A DNA stretch of 57,729 nt, filler included, from Sphacelaria rigidula (GCA_964200075.2; 9 parts of 9 records of this genome joined end to end with filler, not necessarily neighbours in it), one strand, 5' to 3'; numbered from the whole stretch's first letter, positions 1 through 11,670 are shown. Notes: a model not told the origin generated them from the letters alone. Program-made: numbers and translations.

Positions 1-207
1 AGTCTACGGCGTTGGATTCAGGCGTTCCTGCTCCAATCCGAAATCCGGTCGGTGTCCATCTCCGTTTCCGAGCGGCAAATTGCAGATCGGCAACGGTCTG
101 ACGTTGCCGCCCCCGCATGATGCCGTTCGGGCTGGTGTGTCGGCAAGGTGGTCACCCCTGTTCGTTAGATCTTCGTGAGATCCGGCACACAAGGGACTTG
201 TATGCAT

Positions 208-722
208 CGTTGGATCTTCCGGGTCTTCGGGCCAACCAACAGGGAGGCTACACTCTTCTGGTCGTTGGGTTTCGGCCTTTTTTGGCGGGGTGTAGTTTTA
301 CCGAAAATGGCTACGGTTGTGACTGCTCGGCGTAACTTGCGCTAAGATAGCGGTACGGTCACCACCTCACAAAAAAGGGTCACCACTTGACAGAAAAGGG
401 ACACCAGTAGAACAAAAGAGGGTAGATATAACTTTTTAGCAGAGGGCAGGGTGTACCCTCCTGTTTTGCTTACAAAAAGGGTACTCTCACAGGCTCTCAT
501 TTTCGGCGCGGTAGTTCAGCACAGTAACNNNNNNNNNNCAGTAACACTTGTGAAGGTGAAGACAAATGGTCGGGTATGCTGCCCAGGGATCTTGGGCGTG
601 GGGCTTGGGCGCTGGAACGTGTTTTCGAGGTGTTCAGCCAGCGTGCAGTGCCGCGCCCCAAAGCTAGAAATGCGCTACCCTTTTTTGCTCCAAAAGCACC
701 AGGGTGTACCCCCTTTTTGTAT
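208..722. repeat. Interspersed repeat of about 500 bp, copy 1
   Basis: Collinear reverse-complement match to 57261-57729, e.g. ACACTCTTCTGGTCGTTGGG, TTTTACCGAAAATGGCTACGGTTG, CGCTGGAACGTGTTTTCGAGG. Confidence 0.9.
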
Positions 723-1460
723 ACTGCCCTGAAATATTCGTTCAGTCTTTTACCCCGAGTCAGCTCAAGGGTAACGTTCAAAATCGTGGATATTAATGCA
801 TAACTCCTCACGAAATTATTTGTTTTGTTTTTATTTTCTTGAGTGCCACCCTCATTGGTGCAGTTCGTTCAAGCTATAGAACGTTCCAGCCGCCCAAAAA
901 ATAGAAATTTGGCGCCGAACTTTCACTAACTATACGCCACCGTAATAGTGAAGGATGGAGGGCAAACAATACTACAGAAGGGGGGGCAACAGTTGCGGCG
1001 AAGGAGCGTGGTTCAAAGCGGGGCGTGGACGTCGTGGGTGAGGTCGATGTTGCGCTGGAGATCGCGCCGACGTCCTTTGGACTTGAGGCGCTGGAGGCAC
1101 CAGGATGCGCGTGGTGCAGATGGGCTGGTGGTGTATAGTCCTGCCGGAGCTTGAGCTGTACGGGTCCAGGATCATCCATGAAACGCACGATTTATGTGTC
1201 GGCAGGAACCAGATGAGCGAAGTGGGTCTGACCCAACCACCAGAGGTTCTCGCTGCCTTTTCACCAAAGGTAGCTACCCTTGGGCAGTATTCGCTGGTTT
1301 GCGAAGAACTTCGTCTTACAAGTCTCGGTGAGTACAAGTTCGTAACCATCGGCGACAAATCCTAGTCCCTGATCGCGAAGAAGTTCGCGGGCTGCTGCCC
1401 AGGACGCATGTTGCGATATTTCTTGTCGCGAGCAAGATGCTGATGTTGCGATTGCGTCCG

Positions 1461-1613
1461 GTAAAGGAGGATTGCACGGCGATGCAATTGAAGGTCGGAT
1501 TCGCGCTCCCAAGATGCCCTCCGGAGACCGTGCTAGTGGGTATTAAACATAACAGCAGTTTCGCCACCTCGACCACGGTTTATTTGGTGGCCGGAGATGG
1601 TGGACACGGTCAA
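1461..1613 (-). pseudogene. Integrase C-terminal chromodomain with an in-frame stop
   Basis: Hand translation LTVSTISGHQINRGRGGETAVMFNTH*HGLRRASWERESDLQLHRRAILLY fits the chromodomain pattern V..I..H...W.G....SWE.E.DL. The TAG at 1533-1535 sits at the conserved Trp position. Confidence 0.7.
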
Positions 1614-1839
1614 TCGGAGGCGGTTGTAACGTGGTAGGGCGGGGACTTGGTCGGGTAGCTGTTGAGAGCATACTGTGCGAGTCCGGTAGGCAGGTACTTG
1701 GGCATGTCGCTTGTATCATGCGGGTTCGCGCGGGGTTTGCATCTATCTGTGCACGGAGACGCGGGGTTTGGTGCCCTTGCCCTGGAAGTCGCGAGGCAAG
1801 TCGAGATAGAGCAGTTTGTCACCAACGACTTCATCATCC

Positions 1840-2880
1840 CGTGATGATGACCATGGTCCGACTGTCAAGATCTTGACTGGTCCTGTCCAACTGACGGGCA
1901 GTTTTGTCTTCAAAATTGTTTCGTTGGCTGCCTTGCTGGTGCCTTGGCGGATGGTCGACAAACTGTTGTAGATCCAAACCCAATCACCAACTTTCCAGTG
2001 GGGGCGTTTGTGCATGAGGTTGTAGAGAGAGCAGTGTTAGATCTCCTCAGGGGCGAGGCGTTGATAGCGTGTCGTTCGCGCACGAGGGTAAATGCTTTGC
2101 GTTGTCGTGCATGCGCTAGCTCGTGGTAGGATATCTGATCCTGATCCAATCCTTGGTGGGCGTCGAACGTGTGTCGCTCAAACACGGTGATAGGCAACCG
2201 AGGGTAACGTTCAAGATGGAGTTCGTTCGGAGAAAGGCCTGTGGCGGCGTTAACCGAGTTGTTGTAGGACAACATCACGTGCGAGAGATGTAGGTCCCAG
2301 TCATTTAGGCGGTCATTGACAACCATAGAGAGCATCTGGGCCATGGTGTGAGTAACTCTTTCGGTTTCACCGTTATCGTTCGGGTGGTAGGCGCTCGTGG
2401 CAATTTTTCGGATGCCCAGGAGCTGGTAAAGCTAATCAGAGACGTCTGAGCAAAATTAATGACCATTGTCTGAAATGAGTCGCTATGGACAGCCGTAATG
2501 CTTAATGTAGTCGTGAACCAGTATGTCGGCCGTTCCGGCGGCAGTGAAATCTGCGACGGTTACCGCGTACATGGACGCGTGGCGGCTGAGGCGGTCAGTG
2601 AAGAGTAAGATGTAGGTGTTGCCGCGACCTGTGGTCGGTAGAGGGCCAAAGTAGTCAAAGGACACAAGGTGGCCGGGCTCGTTGGGGAGTCCCATAGATA
2701 TGACGGGCTTGCGTACTGTCTGTCGCGAAGTTTTTGGGCTTGGCATTTGAAGCATCGCCGACTTCAGAAGCGGGTGGAAATTTCCATGCCAACCCACCAG
2801 TAGAGGCGTTCCAAGAGCGCGAGGGTGCGGGTGACGCCAAGGTGACATGATAAGTCTGTGTGGCAGCCTTTCATGACCCA
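1840..2880 (-). pseudogene. Gypsy integrase (HHCC zinc finger, DDE core), disrupted
   Basis: CHTDLSCHLG...RRCFKCQA zinc finger; DDE motifs VSFDYFGPLP, LISDNG and NGETER; SYNNSVNAATGLSPNEL; WTGPVKIL. Split over several frames. Confidence 0.9.
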
Positions 2881-3859
2881 GGGGTGCATTAATAATGAAA
2901 CATATATGCGCGTTGGTTAGTCATTGAGTAGTCGTGCCGTGCGTCCCATAGTTGAGGCGCCAACTGCGCTTGTCAAGAGCGTGGGCCGACGTACGAGTAG
3001 TTGCACACCTTCATCCGTAGTAAAAAGGGTGTCTTTACGCACGAGCTCGTATACGTCAGAAATGACTGGTGGTGGGAGTGTGCCGACCGGGGCTAGAAGT
3101 GTGGACGGAAAAAGGACTGAGCAGTCGAATTGTAAGTACTGGATGGCTGCGCGACATAGCGGTTGCGCATTTTGTTCGCGAGCCCAATCGCGGTGGGAGT
3201 AGCTGGCGAGAAACTCACGTAGTTGACCTTCCGCTGGCGAGCCAACCAAGCATGGTAGGGCAGGCGGCGGGGGAATAGGTGGCAGTGCAGAAATGCCGAC
3301 GTCAATATCTGTTCCGGGAGCAGGAGACGAATCGTCAGTTCCGTGCTCGGGGGCAGGAGATGTTTGCGGCGCCGTTATGGGCGGCGGGGTTGTATTAGTG
3401 CCTGGCGAAGATTGTCCGCGGCTCGTGGCGCACGGTGCTGAAGTTTTTGCGGGGCCTTGCGTGTTGGTCCGTGAAACTTATGCTGGGTGGCTCATAGAGG
3501 TCGCAGGTGTTGTCGGTGGCGGCGGGGCACTCGGGGTGGTGCGGGCGGCAGACAGGGAGCGCGTGTTGTCGGAGATAAGGTGGGTGACTGGAGGTGTCTC
3601 CGCCAAGAGTTTCGCGCGAGTACCGAAAGTGCGGAAATCGAAAAAATCGGAGGTAGTGGGCGCTAACCCACCCAAGACGGCGTCATATGGTAGAGAGCGA
3701 GGTCCTCCCACATGCATACCGGTTTCCGGGCACTGAAGGTCGAGGGCGTAAACGGGCGTTGAAAAACGTCTAATCGCGTAAATTCCAGCTTCAACGGGTT
3801 CCTTTAAACGACAAGCCGGGTTAGAATCTGCGGCCGTAGGCGGCAAGGGTAGGCGGGAA

Positions 3860-5042
3860 AGAAGGTCAGCGTTCCCGTTGGTTTTGCCTAGACGGTGCTT
3901 ATTGGTATACTGGTGTGCTGTTAGAAACTCCAACCACCGTTGTACACCATGGTTGTGTTCGCCAACCTTGGCGTGTTGTTCAAGTGCTCCGTGATCCCTA
4001 TAGATCTCGAAGGGCACGGGAAACAGATATTGTCGAAGGCGCTTGATGGCCCAAGTGATCACTCTGCCTTCCAGTTCTAGCGGGCTCCAGTTGGCCTCGT
4101 TGGGCAGGGTAGCGCGGCTGATATAAGGGATGGGTCGGACGGAGCCATCAACCTGAGGTTGACTCAGAACTCCTCCAGACCCGTTTGTGCTGGTGTTAGT
4201 GTGGAGTTGGAAAAGGCGAAAGCCATCTTGTGCTGCCTCCCAATCACGGAAGCAGAGTACCGGCTTCTTGGTAAGCGTCTTGAGTAATTCACGGGTGATA
4301 TTCTCCACTTCGGTTGTGAAAGAAAACACCACTCCTTTCTTGAGTAGCTCAGTAAGGGGACGAACCCGTTTAGATGGATTCGGCAAAACATTGCGGTGGT
4401 AGGATAGTGCGCCCAACAATGAGCGAAGTTGATAAATGTTAGTTGGCATCGGCAAATCAGTCATCGCCTTGACTTTGTTTGTATCCGGATGCAAGCCTGC
4501 CGGCGTAGCGGAATGGCCCAAGGAACCCAAGTCAGCCGCACCAAGGCGAGCTTTGGATGGAGACAGTTTCAAATCGTGCGTTCGTAGGCGAGAGAGAAAT
4601 TCTCGTAGAGTGCGGATATGTTCAATAGGTGAGGCATCGAAAGCGATAGCGTCATCCAGGTAAACGATGATGTGCTCGAGGCCCTCGATGACGCGTTTCA
4701 TGAAGCGTTAAAAGCATCCCGGGGCAGTGGCAGCGCCTTGTGGCATTCGAAGCCACTCATAGAGTCCGGAAGAGCCGTCAGTGGGACTGTGTCAGGGTGT
4801 TTAGCGTTCTGAAATAATCCAGAAGCGAGGTCGAAGGTGCTGAATATTTTTCCTTCGCCTAAGGAGTCGAAGACTTCATCAATGCGGGGAATTGGAAGTT
4901 TACCGACTACAGTGACGCGGTTTAACCGTTGATAGTTCACGGTTATGCCTATGTTTCCATCCTTTTGGGGGACGACCACAAGGGGCGAGGTCCAAGGAGA
5001 GGAGGAATGTTGTATTAGTCCCGCTCCCAAACGTGTATCCAA
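3860..5042 (-). pseudogene. Gypsy reverse transcriptase and RNase H, frameshifted
   Basis: ORFs 4698-5042 and 3478-4701 contain YLDD, LRSLLGALSYHR, LHTNTSTNGSGGVLSQ, ELEGRVITWAIKRLRQYL and NADLLSRLP. Confidence 0.93.
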
Positions 5043-6326
5043 GATAGCGTTTACTTTCTTGGTAAGGATCGGGTTTGTTCAGTATGGTCGAGAAGAGATC
5101 GGCGAGACGCCGGGTTAAAGGGCAAAGGACAGCGTTTTTCAATGCCCAAGATCGGTCTTCGATCGGTCTTGGTACTGTAGCAGGACATCACTGAGTTCTT
5201 GGATGATTGCCGGTTCCCAGCCGGGCCCATGAAGATCAAAATTGATGTCGCGCATGAGTGATGCTACGGTGGGGTTGCACGTTTTGAGCAAAAATGTTTC
5301 TCGGGTGTTGCACGGATCGTTTTGAGAATCGGCATCACTTTCATTTCAAAAAGACTGAAAATGATGCCAATTCACGAAAAGGCCCCTGTGTGCACCTCCA
5401 TGTCCTGTCCCCGGAGATTTTGGTTGCACAGTAAGCCCCATATATTTGGGCTCCTACAAAAACGAGACTCAGAAACAAAAAGTGCAACCCCTATCGTAGT
5501 ATTGCTCGCATGTGTGGCGGTAGTTGGTGCCACATTTGCAAGGAACTATTCCGAGAATCTGGTGATAAGCGTTGAAACACTTCAGCAGGAGGATTGGAAT
5601 TTGACTGGCCAGGATCCACGGTGTGGACCTGGAGTTGAGTCGCAGAGGCGAGATCGAAATAGGGTTCATCGACACAATGGACTGGCTCCGCAGGAGATGT
5701 GGCGTTTGGCGCAACAGGCTCTGTGACGCACGTCTCGAGTGGGATGTGCATCAAGGGAGCAGCGGCGATTCCTAAAACATCGCCGGGTTCCAAGTTAGTA
5801 TTACCCGTAAGAGGGAGGTGTTGTTGTCCCGCCGAGACAAAATATTCTGTGTCGGCTGGTGCGCCAATGTGGGGTAACATTTCGGCAAGATAATGACCCG
5901 TGAGTGCTGGCATGCCATTTCGGCAAACTGGTGCAACTTCTAAAAGTTGAGGATCGTCGGAGAGTATAATACCAACGCTACCGTTGTATAGTAGGTGGTA
6001 AGCAGCTCCGGTTGCTGGAGCATTCTTCTGGTCGGCCAGGGCGCCGTGGAGAGTGCCGAAGTGCTCGAGGTTGAATTCTCCACGCGGCGTGGAATGTGGC
6101 GTTAGTGGTGAAAGCCTGCAGTGGGTTCGTTTATTTCATCGCATATAGCTATCTCTGCCCAATAATATGGCGTGGTGCATTGTGCTGTCGGCGACAATGT
6201 ATGCCCAGACTGCCACGCTGGCAGATCGAGTGGTGTTGTGAAAGAATTGCACACTGAACAACAAATTGTGCGAATTGAGGTTTAACTCCGAGATGAGTTT
6301 TCAGCCTAAAACAGTGCTTTCTCTAC

Positions 6327-6426
6327 NNNNNNNNNNNNNNNNNNNNNNNNNNNNNNNNNNNNNNNNNNNNTTAATTAATTAANNNNNNNNNNNNNNNNNN
6401 NNNNNNNNNNNNNNNNNNNNNNNNNN
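6327..6426. other. Artificial scaffold-joining linker (first of eight)
   Basis: N44-TTAATTAATTAA-N44 (stop codons in all six frames). Identical linkers lie at 12753-12852, 19179-19278, 25605-25704, 32030-32129, 38455-38554, 44880-44979 and 51305-51404. The intervening pieces are 6326 bp (x4) and then 6325 bp (x5), i.e. size-sorted scaffolds. Confidence 0.98.
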
Positions 6427-6539
6427 CTCTCCACTGTTGGGCATGGTATGAGAAAAGATCCCAGATCGCTCCGAGAATTGAACCCACGACCCAACTTTCA
6501 GAAGGCTTCGAGGTTACCAACTAAGCTACTGGGGGGACC
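6427..6539 (-). mobile_element. tRNA-derived SINE head (Pol III A and B boxes), cut by scaffold start
   Basis: Minus strand: box A TAGCTTAGTTGG (6517-6528) and box B GGTTCAATTCT (6474-6484) at tRNA-like spacing. No complete cloverleaf acceptor stem. Confidence 0.7.
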
Positions 6540-6620
6540 AAATGTGTACGCCCCCAACACTCACCCCGAAGCTCGTACCACTGCACGGTGGCGCTGCCCT
6601 GTGTGCTTGTGGAGTAGGAG

Positions 6621-6832
6621 CACGGTTCGGACAAATCATGGCCGGTTCGAATCACTAAATCCACGATTTTTTATGCCTGATTGCTCGTACGAGAGAGAGA
6701 AAAGTCGACCGCCGGTCAGAATGATCTCGACGCATTTTTTGCGCCATTCCACGTGCCTGGGCTGCGCGTGCGTACCTGGGTTGCAATGCTGAAAACAAAG
6801 CCTGAGGGTTGATTCGTACGGTACGAATCAAT
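6621..6832. repeat. Repeat family of about 210 bp (other copies 13098-13305 and 24645-24825, opposite orientation)
   Basis: Shared GGTTCGAATCACTAAATCCACGATTT and GATTCGTACGGTACGA blocks in three different scaffolds. Confidence 0.85.
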
Positions 6833-6888
6833 CATACTAAATCAAGTAATCTCCAGACGAATCATTGACTCGTCCGAACCTTGAACAG

Positions 6889-7092
6889 GAGCCCTGGGAC
6901 CGCCTCGGCGTGCGGAGGGGCGTAGGCGAGCTGAAGCGACATCCCTTTTTCGAAAGTGTGCACTGGGCGCTCATCGCCAATCGAAAGGCCCCCTTCCGAG
7001 TACGGGGTCCTGAGACACCTGGTTGGGCAGAGAGCATGGCGGACTCCGTCCGCGCGGACGGAGCTGAAAAGTATGCCACGTGGACGTGGGAG
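6889..7092 (+). CDS. AGC-family Ser/Thr kinase, exon encoding subdomain XI and the start of the C-terminal tail
   Basis: Acceptor ttgaacag|. EPWDRLGVRRGVGELKRHPFFESVHWALIANRKAPF matches the AGC RLG...KxHPFF..V.W...PF signature. Donor gag|GCGAGT, or alternatively a|GTTAGT 4 nt further on. Confidence 0.85.
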
Positions 7093-7443
7093 GCGAGTTA
7101 GTTTCGTCGCAGTGCTGCCGTGCTCTGATGTTGTGTTGTGTTGTGCTATGCTATATACGGTGCTATATAGTTGGGATTCACTCGCGCTGTGCTGTAGTGT
7201 GCTTGGCTGTGTTTGCCTGTGTTGCACTTTGGTGTGCTGTTCTGTGCTGTAGCGTCGTGCGCTTGACTCTGCGCCTGCACAACGGTAGTTCATGCGGTCC
7301 ACGAAGTCGAGTCTTTGTTCTGGTACGGCATGAAAGTGGAGACTGTCGTGAGTGCTTGATTCATTGACCGATTGACCCATCATGTCACAGTAGTATTCTT
7401 CTTCTCTCCGTTGTGTTTTAGCGATTCGCTGCAGTTGTGATCA

Positions 7444-7491
<48 letters not shown>

Positions 7492-7627
7492 ACGCACGCA
7501 CGCACGCACGCACGCACGCGCGCGCGCGCGCGCTCTCCCGTCATTCGCTGATTCCTTATGTATTTCCCTCGCTACCTGTGGCTCCTGCATCCTCTCCACC
7601 GTGCCGCTTTATTATCACCTCGCACAG

Positions 7628-8611
7628 CACACAGCTGAGGGTCAGCGTCCTGGCGCAGCACCACTGCCACCACCCCCACCCCCGCCGCAAAGCAAGGCGC
7701 ACCAAGAGCTGACCGATCGAGACTCGCTGTCGTTAACCTCCAGCATGTACAACGTGGCAAAGCTAGATCGCCTCGGAGAAGAGCTAGGGCTAGGCGTCGC
7801 TGATCCCGCTGTTCCCGACCCTCGTTCTCCACCATCCTTCGGGGGAGGGAGTGCGGTGGCGGAATCGACCACAACGAAGGGGCCTAAAGCGGCGACGGCA
7901 TTGTCAGGAGCATCAAAAATGAAGAGAGCGTTATCGACGGGTGTGGCAGCTCTCAACCATATTGGGGAGGATGATGGTGCTTCTGGGAGAATTTTATTGG
8001 CGCCCTCCCCGCCGCTGCCACATCAAGAGCAAGAACGAGGGCAAAAACAGTCACAACAGCCACAGCAGTCACAGGGCGGCGGTGGTCGTGATGGTGACGA
8101 TACCAAGGACAATGGCGCTGGGGAGGCGTTGGATATCGGTGATGCAGCGAGCGGGGATGGGGATGCTTCTTCTACTTGTGCTACTGAGAAGGGAGCAAAT
8201 ACGACTGAGGGTGGTGGAGCAAGAGAAACGGGATCGACAAAGGCAGCAGAAAGTGGATACAGCGGCAACGACAGCGTTACTAGCGCTCCCGGAACCGCTG
8301 TCGGAGCCTCTGCAGTAGGTGTCGGCGATGCGAGCGCGGTTGCGGTCATTCCCGCTGATGACGGTGCGACGGGGGGTGGCGGGCAGGGGGGTGAAGGGGG
8401 GAATGCGGCAGAGGGGAGAGGTGAGGGGAAAGGGGAGGATCCGGGGACGGAGACCGGGAACTTCGAGGGCTATGACTTCAATAATCTCCGTAAGGTTGGT
8501 TCTTTCAAGGTTCGGAGTGCTCCGAGGAGCACGGGAGGCACGAGGAGTCGCGGGGTTCCGGCGGCTCCTTTATTGTCGGAGAAATGTGCTAGCGAGGGCT
8601 GCTGTTCGTGA
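7628..8611 (+). CDS. AGC kinase terminal exon: long low-complexity tail ending with the hydrophobic motif
   Basis: Pyrimidine tract then cgcacag|, in phase with the upstream exon; open for 328 codons including the stop; FEGYDF at 8462-8479; TGA at 8609-8611. Confidence 0.75.
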   Translation, partial: HTAEGQRPGAAPLPPPPPPPQSKAHQELTDRDSLSLTSSMYNVAKLDRLGEELGLGVADPAVPDPRSPPSFGGGSAVAESTTTKGPKAATALSGASKMKRALSTGVAALNHIGEDDGASGRILLAPSPPLPHQEQERGQKQSQQPQQSQGGGGRDGDDTKDNGAGEALDIGDAASGDGDASSTCATEKGANTTEGGGARETGSTKAAESGYSGNDSVTSAPGTAVGASAVGVGDASAVAVIPADDGATGGGGQGGEGGNAAEGRGEGKGEDPGTETGNFEGYDFNNLRKVGSFKVRSAPRSTGGTRSRGVPAAPLLSEKCASEGCCS

Positions 8612-9330
8612 TTTGTTTTTTTCCGATTTTTTTGCAGTATTTTGAAAGCGTGGGGTGACGTGGCGTGAGGTTGTGCTTCGAAACGTTGATGGCTCGGCGA
8701 CCTCGGTGTACATATTTTGCCCCCTGCGCCCCGGTGGTGAGAATTAAAGTGGTATGCCGAGACCCAGTTAGGCTAGGGCGGGAAGTTTGCGGATGTCACA
8801 TCTCGAAAGATGTCGTCATTGTTGAGCAAGATTCGGTTGCCGTCGTTGAAAGCGGGAAGATGCGGGCAGCAAAAAGACAATATCGACGAGAGTGAACGAC
8901 GTGCGGCAGTCATGATCCATTCCTCGATGATAACAAAATGTAGGGTATAGGTGCCAGGGAAGATATGTGTTGATCCCTTGCGACTGCGTGCTCGTCTCCG
9001 GGGAGGGGGAGAGGACGGGGATCGTATACACATATTCATACACACACGTATATGTATGTATATATCTATGCGCATAGGCGCTTTTGTCATGGTGATCATT
9101 GTGTACATCATGGCAGCCTTGGATTCTGTGGTACTACCGTGTGATGTGAAAAAAAATTCGTTGTGTGTGTGCTGTTCGAAGCCGGACCGGGGGAAAAGCC
9201 ATGTCGGTTTCGTTCTCCGGAGAGGCAATAATAAGGCCTGAACCCAGCATATGTCGGTGTAAGGTACGGCGTGTGTAATTCGAATGTTTTTTTCCGAGTT
9301 TTGACGGCTGCATTGAGCGGTGGGGCGAGA

Positions 9331-9570
9331 GTGTGTGTTGTGTGTTGTCGTTCCATCTATTCTGGACGCCGGTCTACACCTTTCGGTATATGTGGGCGCA
9401 CCAGCGGGGGTCACACAGGAGGAAGGTCAACACAGGAGTTTTTTTTTCCCCTTTTTTTGTTTGTTTTTAGTACCCCACCTCCCTTCTGCGGTGCTTGCCT
9501 TCTATTTTTTATCGCGAGAGGGGTCCAGCAGTCCCTTTCCCTCGTCGACCGTGAAGTTGAATTTTGAGAG
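9331..9570 (-). mobile_element. Retroposon/SINE 3' fragment with CA-rich tail (other copies 18545-18620 -, 36130-36285 +, 44980-45048 +, 45260-45492 +)
   Basis: Shared CCCACATATACCGAAAGGTGTAGACCGGCGTCCAGAATAGATGGGACGACAACAC-type end. The opposite end is variably truncated, as expected for 5'-truncated retroposons. Confidence 0.8.
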
Positions 9571-11439
9571 CAGTAATCGTAAATCATTCCAATATATTCA
9601 TGCGATGACGGCTTTTTTTTTTCATGCTTCACCGACTTTTGCTGTGATTGCTGCGTGATGTTCCGGTAGGTATAGGTAGGAGGGTTTTGCGTTCGTGGAA
9701 TCTGAAAAACAAGTTATGAGCAGCCATGTGACACGGGGAAGTACATGGAGGACTGCAGACTAAATGACGGAGTTGACGTGGACACTTTAAATGGTGGTTT
9801 CAATGCCAGCGCAACAACACCCCAAAGGGAAAAGATAAAGCCCGGTGACACGGGCAAATTGATTCCGTACCCGCGTAAGACTCAAAACAAAAAAAAAAAG
9901 GATAAAGACCAGTGTTTTTTTGCGTTCGGAGGTGGTCGCGGGGGCGTAGCAGTTTTTCTCCCTCAAGGCGACAGCTCACGCTGCAGCTTTTATGCGGCTT
10001 GATATGCTACGCGTATATCTCGTTATTCTGCGTTAAATAGTTGCGGTAGTGCGACAAGATGAAAACACCCCGTAGCGTCCCACTTGTCACGTGTCGCGAT
10101 TTGTGCATGTGTGTGTTGGTGACTATCTGTTGTTTTTCTTCGTTTGGCCACACTCGATGTTATCTTGTGTATTCGTGGGGGTCCTGGAGTGGGAAGTCGC
10201 GTCCTTATGTGTCGACGAGCAGATGTATACCTACTGTTGAGGGAGCTTCGGTGTGTTGTGGTAGAGAGATGGAGAGGAGGAGAAATGAACTGATGGTGTC
10301 TCGATGATGTTTTCGATATTTGATTGAGCGCTTGTTTGATGTGATCGACTATAATTGTCGACTGTGTCACTTAGTGTGCGACAACCGACAAAATCAGCCA
10401 ATCATTTGGTCCATTCAAACAGAGCAACATTGAGTGGGGATTATTACAAAGCTATACAGTGTGGTCGAGTGGAAATGTGAGAGGTGCAACAGTAGTGCGG
10501 CCTCGAAGAGAGTTGTCCCTAATTAACTAGTGTTTTTTTTTCTCTCTCTCAGAACGTGTAGAATCATTCCAGTTTTTGTCTGATTGTTATCTGAGGAACG
10601 TGAAGCTAAGCGCGTTTCGTGGGCAAGGTGCAGCTGTCTTCTTCTTTTTTTCGTGTTATATGTCCAACATACGTGGAACATTATTGATCTATTTGTTCTC
10701 GTTGATGTAAGTGTGTGTTACACTTGTCGTTGGGTTTATGTATATATACGTATATATATATATATTGTGTGTGTTGCCCGAGCTAAACTTTGCCAAGTGA
10801 CCTGTCTTCGAGACACGCGAGGCGCTTTGAAGCGTATCGATGCCTTACCACAGGCGATTTGCTATAGTGGTGTCATTTTCCATGCTGCTTATTTGTGTAT
10901 AGTGCTTTCCTCCAGGAGCCGAGATAAGATCAAGCGTCCAATAACTGACGAGTTTATTAATTATGTACGAAAACCTCGCGTCAGAGGTTTTGTGTCAAAG
11001 CGTGTGCGACATCTTTCCCGTCGACGTTGTTTTTGTCGGATGTCGCCCAAACATCGCGAGACCAGCGGTGTGTCATGTTGGCTGAGGACACAGTTGCCCG
11101 AGCATCGTCGAACATATATTGGGATCAAGTTTGGAGAAACGCGCTGCCTAAACGTGGTCGTATTATAGATGCTGTGTCGAAACGTTTGCGGAGAAACACC
11201 GGGATTCTCAGAATTGGTTTCGTTTTAAGCTCAAAATGGCGGCCTCTTGAAACTTTGGTGATGATGGGATATTGGTTGATGATGAATACGACGTGTTGTA
11301 AAAGAGGTTTATTTTTGAAGACTAGCTATTTAGACGCGGAATTTTTCGAGTTCTGCCGTACAAGTGTGAGTGCTTAATTGTCACCGAGTCACACGCGTAC
11401 CCCTACTCACTGTGCAGACACTTCGATTGCTCGGGGTCT

Positions 11440-11670
11440 ACTCTTTTAACAAGGTTTTCGTGAGATTGAGAGCTGGGTGCGGATTTGGAGTGGCTTTGAT
11501 CATTCGCTTTAACTTAGCCGATTTTTCATTCCGTGTGTGCTTTTCTTCGTCGCATCACTGTTTATGTGCTTATAGCTACACGTTGATATCCTACTCAGGG
11601 GTATCGAGGGCCTCAGTGGCAAGCTACTACAGAGAGAATATTGGACCTGGTGGTGCACTTCGGAACTGGA
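11440..11670. repeat. Repeat family of about 230 bp (other copies 12503-12731 same strand, 29775-29995 reverse)
   Basis: Shared TCATTCGCTTTAACTT...TTTTTCATTCCGTGTGTG...GCTTATAGCTACACGT...CTCAGTGGCAAGCTACTAC. Confidence 0.85.

Larger units (their letters stand above)
874..6326 (-). mobile_element. Decayed Ty3/Gypsy (chromovirus-like) LTR retrotransposon, pol region, truncated by scaffold end
   Basis: Domain order on the minus strand: protease tail (ILLGRD, ~6150-6170), RT (WTSPLVVVPQKDG, LPIPRIDEVFDSL, FSTFDLASG, YLDD at 4651-4662), RNase H, integrase, GPY/F-like motif (WTGPVKIL), chromodomain. The RT-RH-INT order defines Ty3/Gypsy. Many frameshifts and stops. Confidence 0.95.

Noticed and set aside
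576..803. Similar ORFs 576-803 and 57082-57408 as a small protein family
   Set aside because: The similarity comes from a DNA repeat, appears in several frames on both strands, and ends at the repeat boundary.
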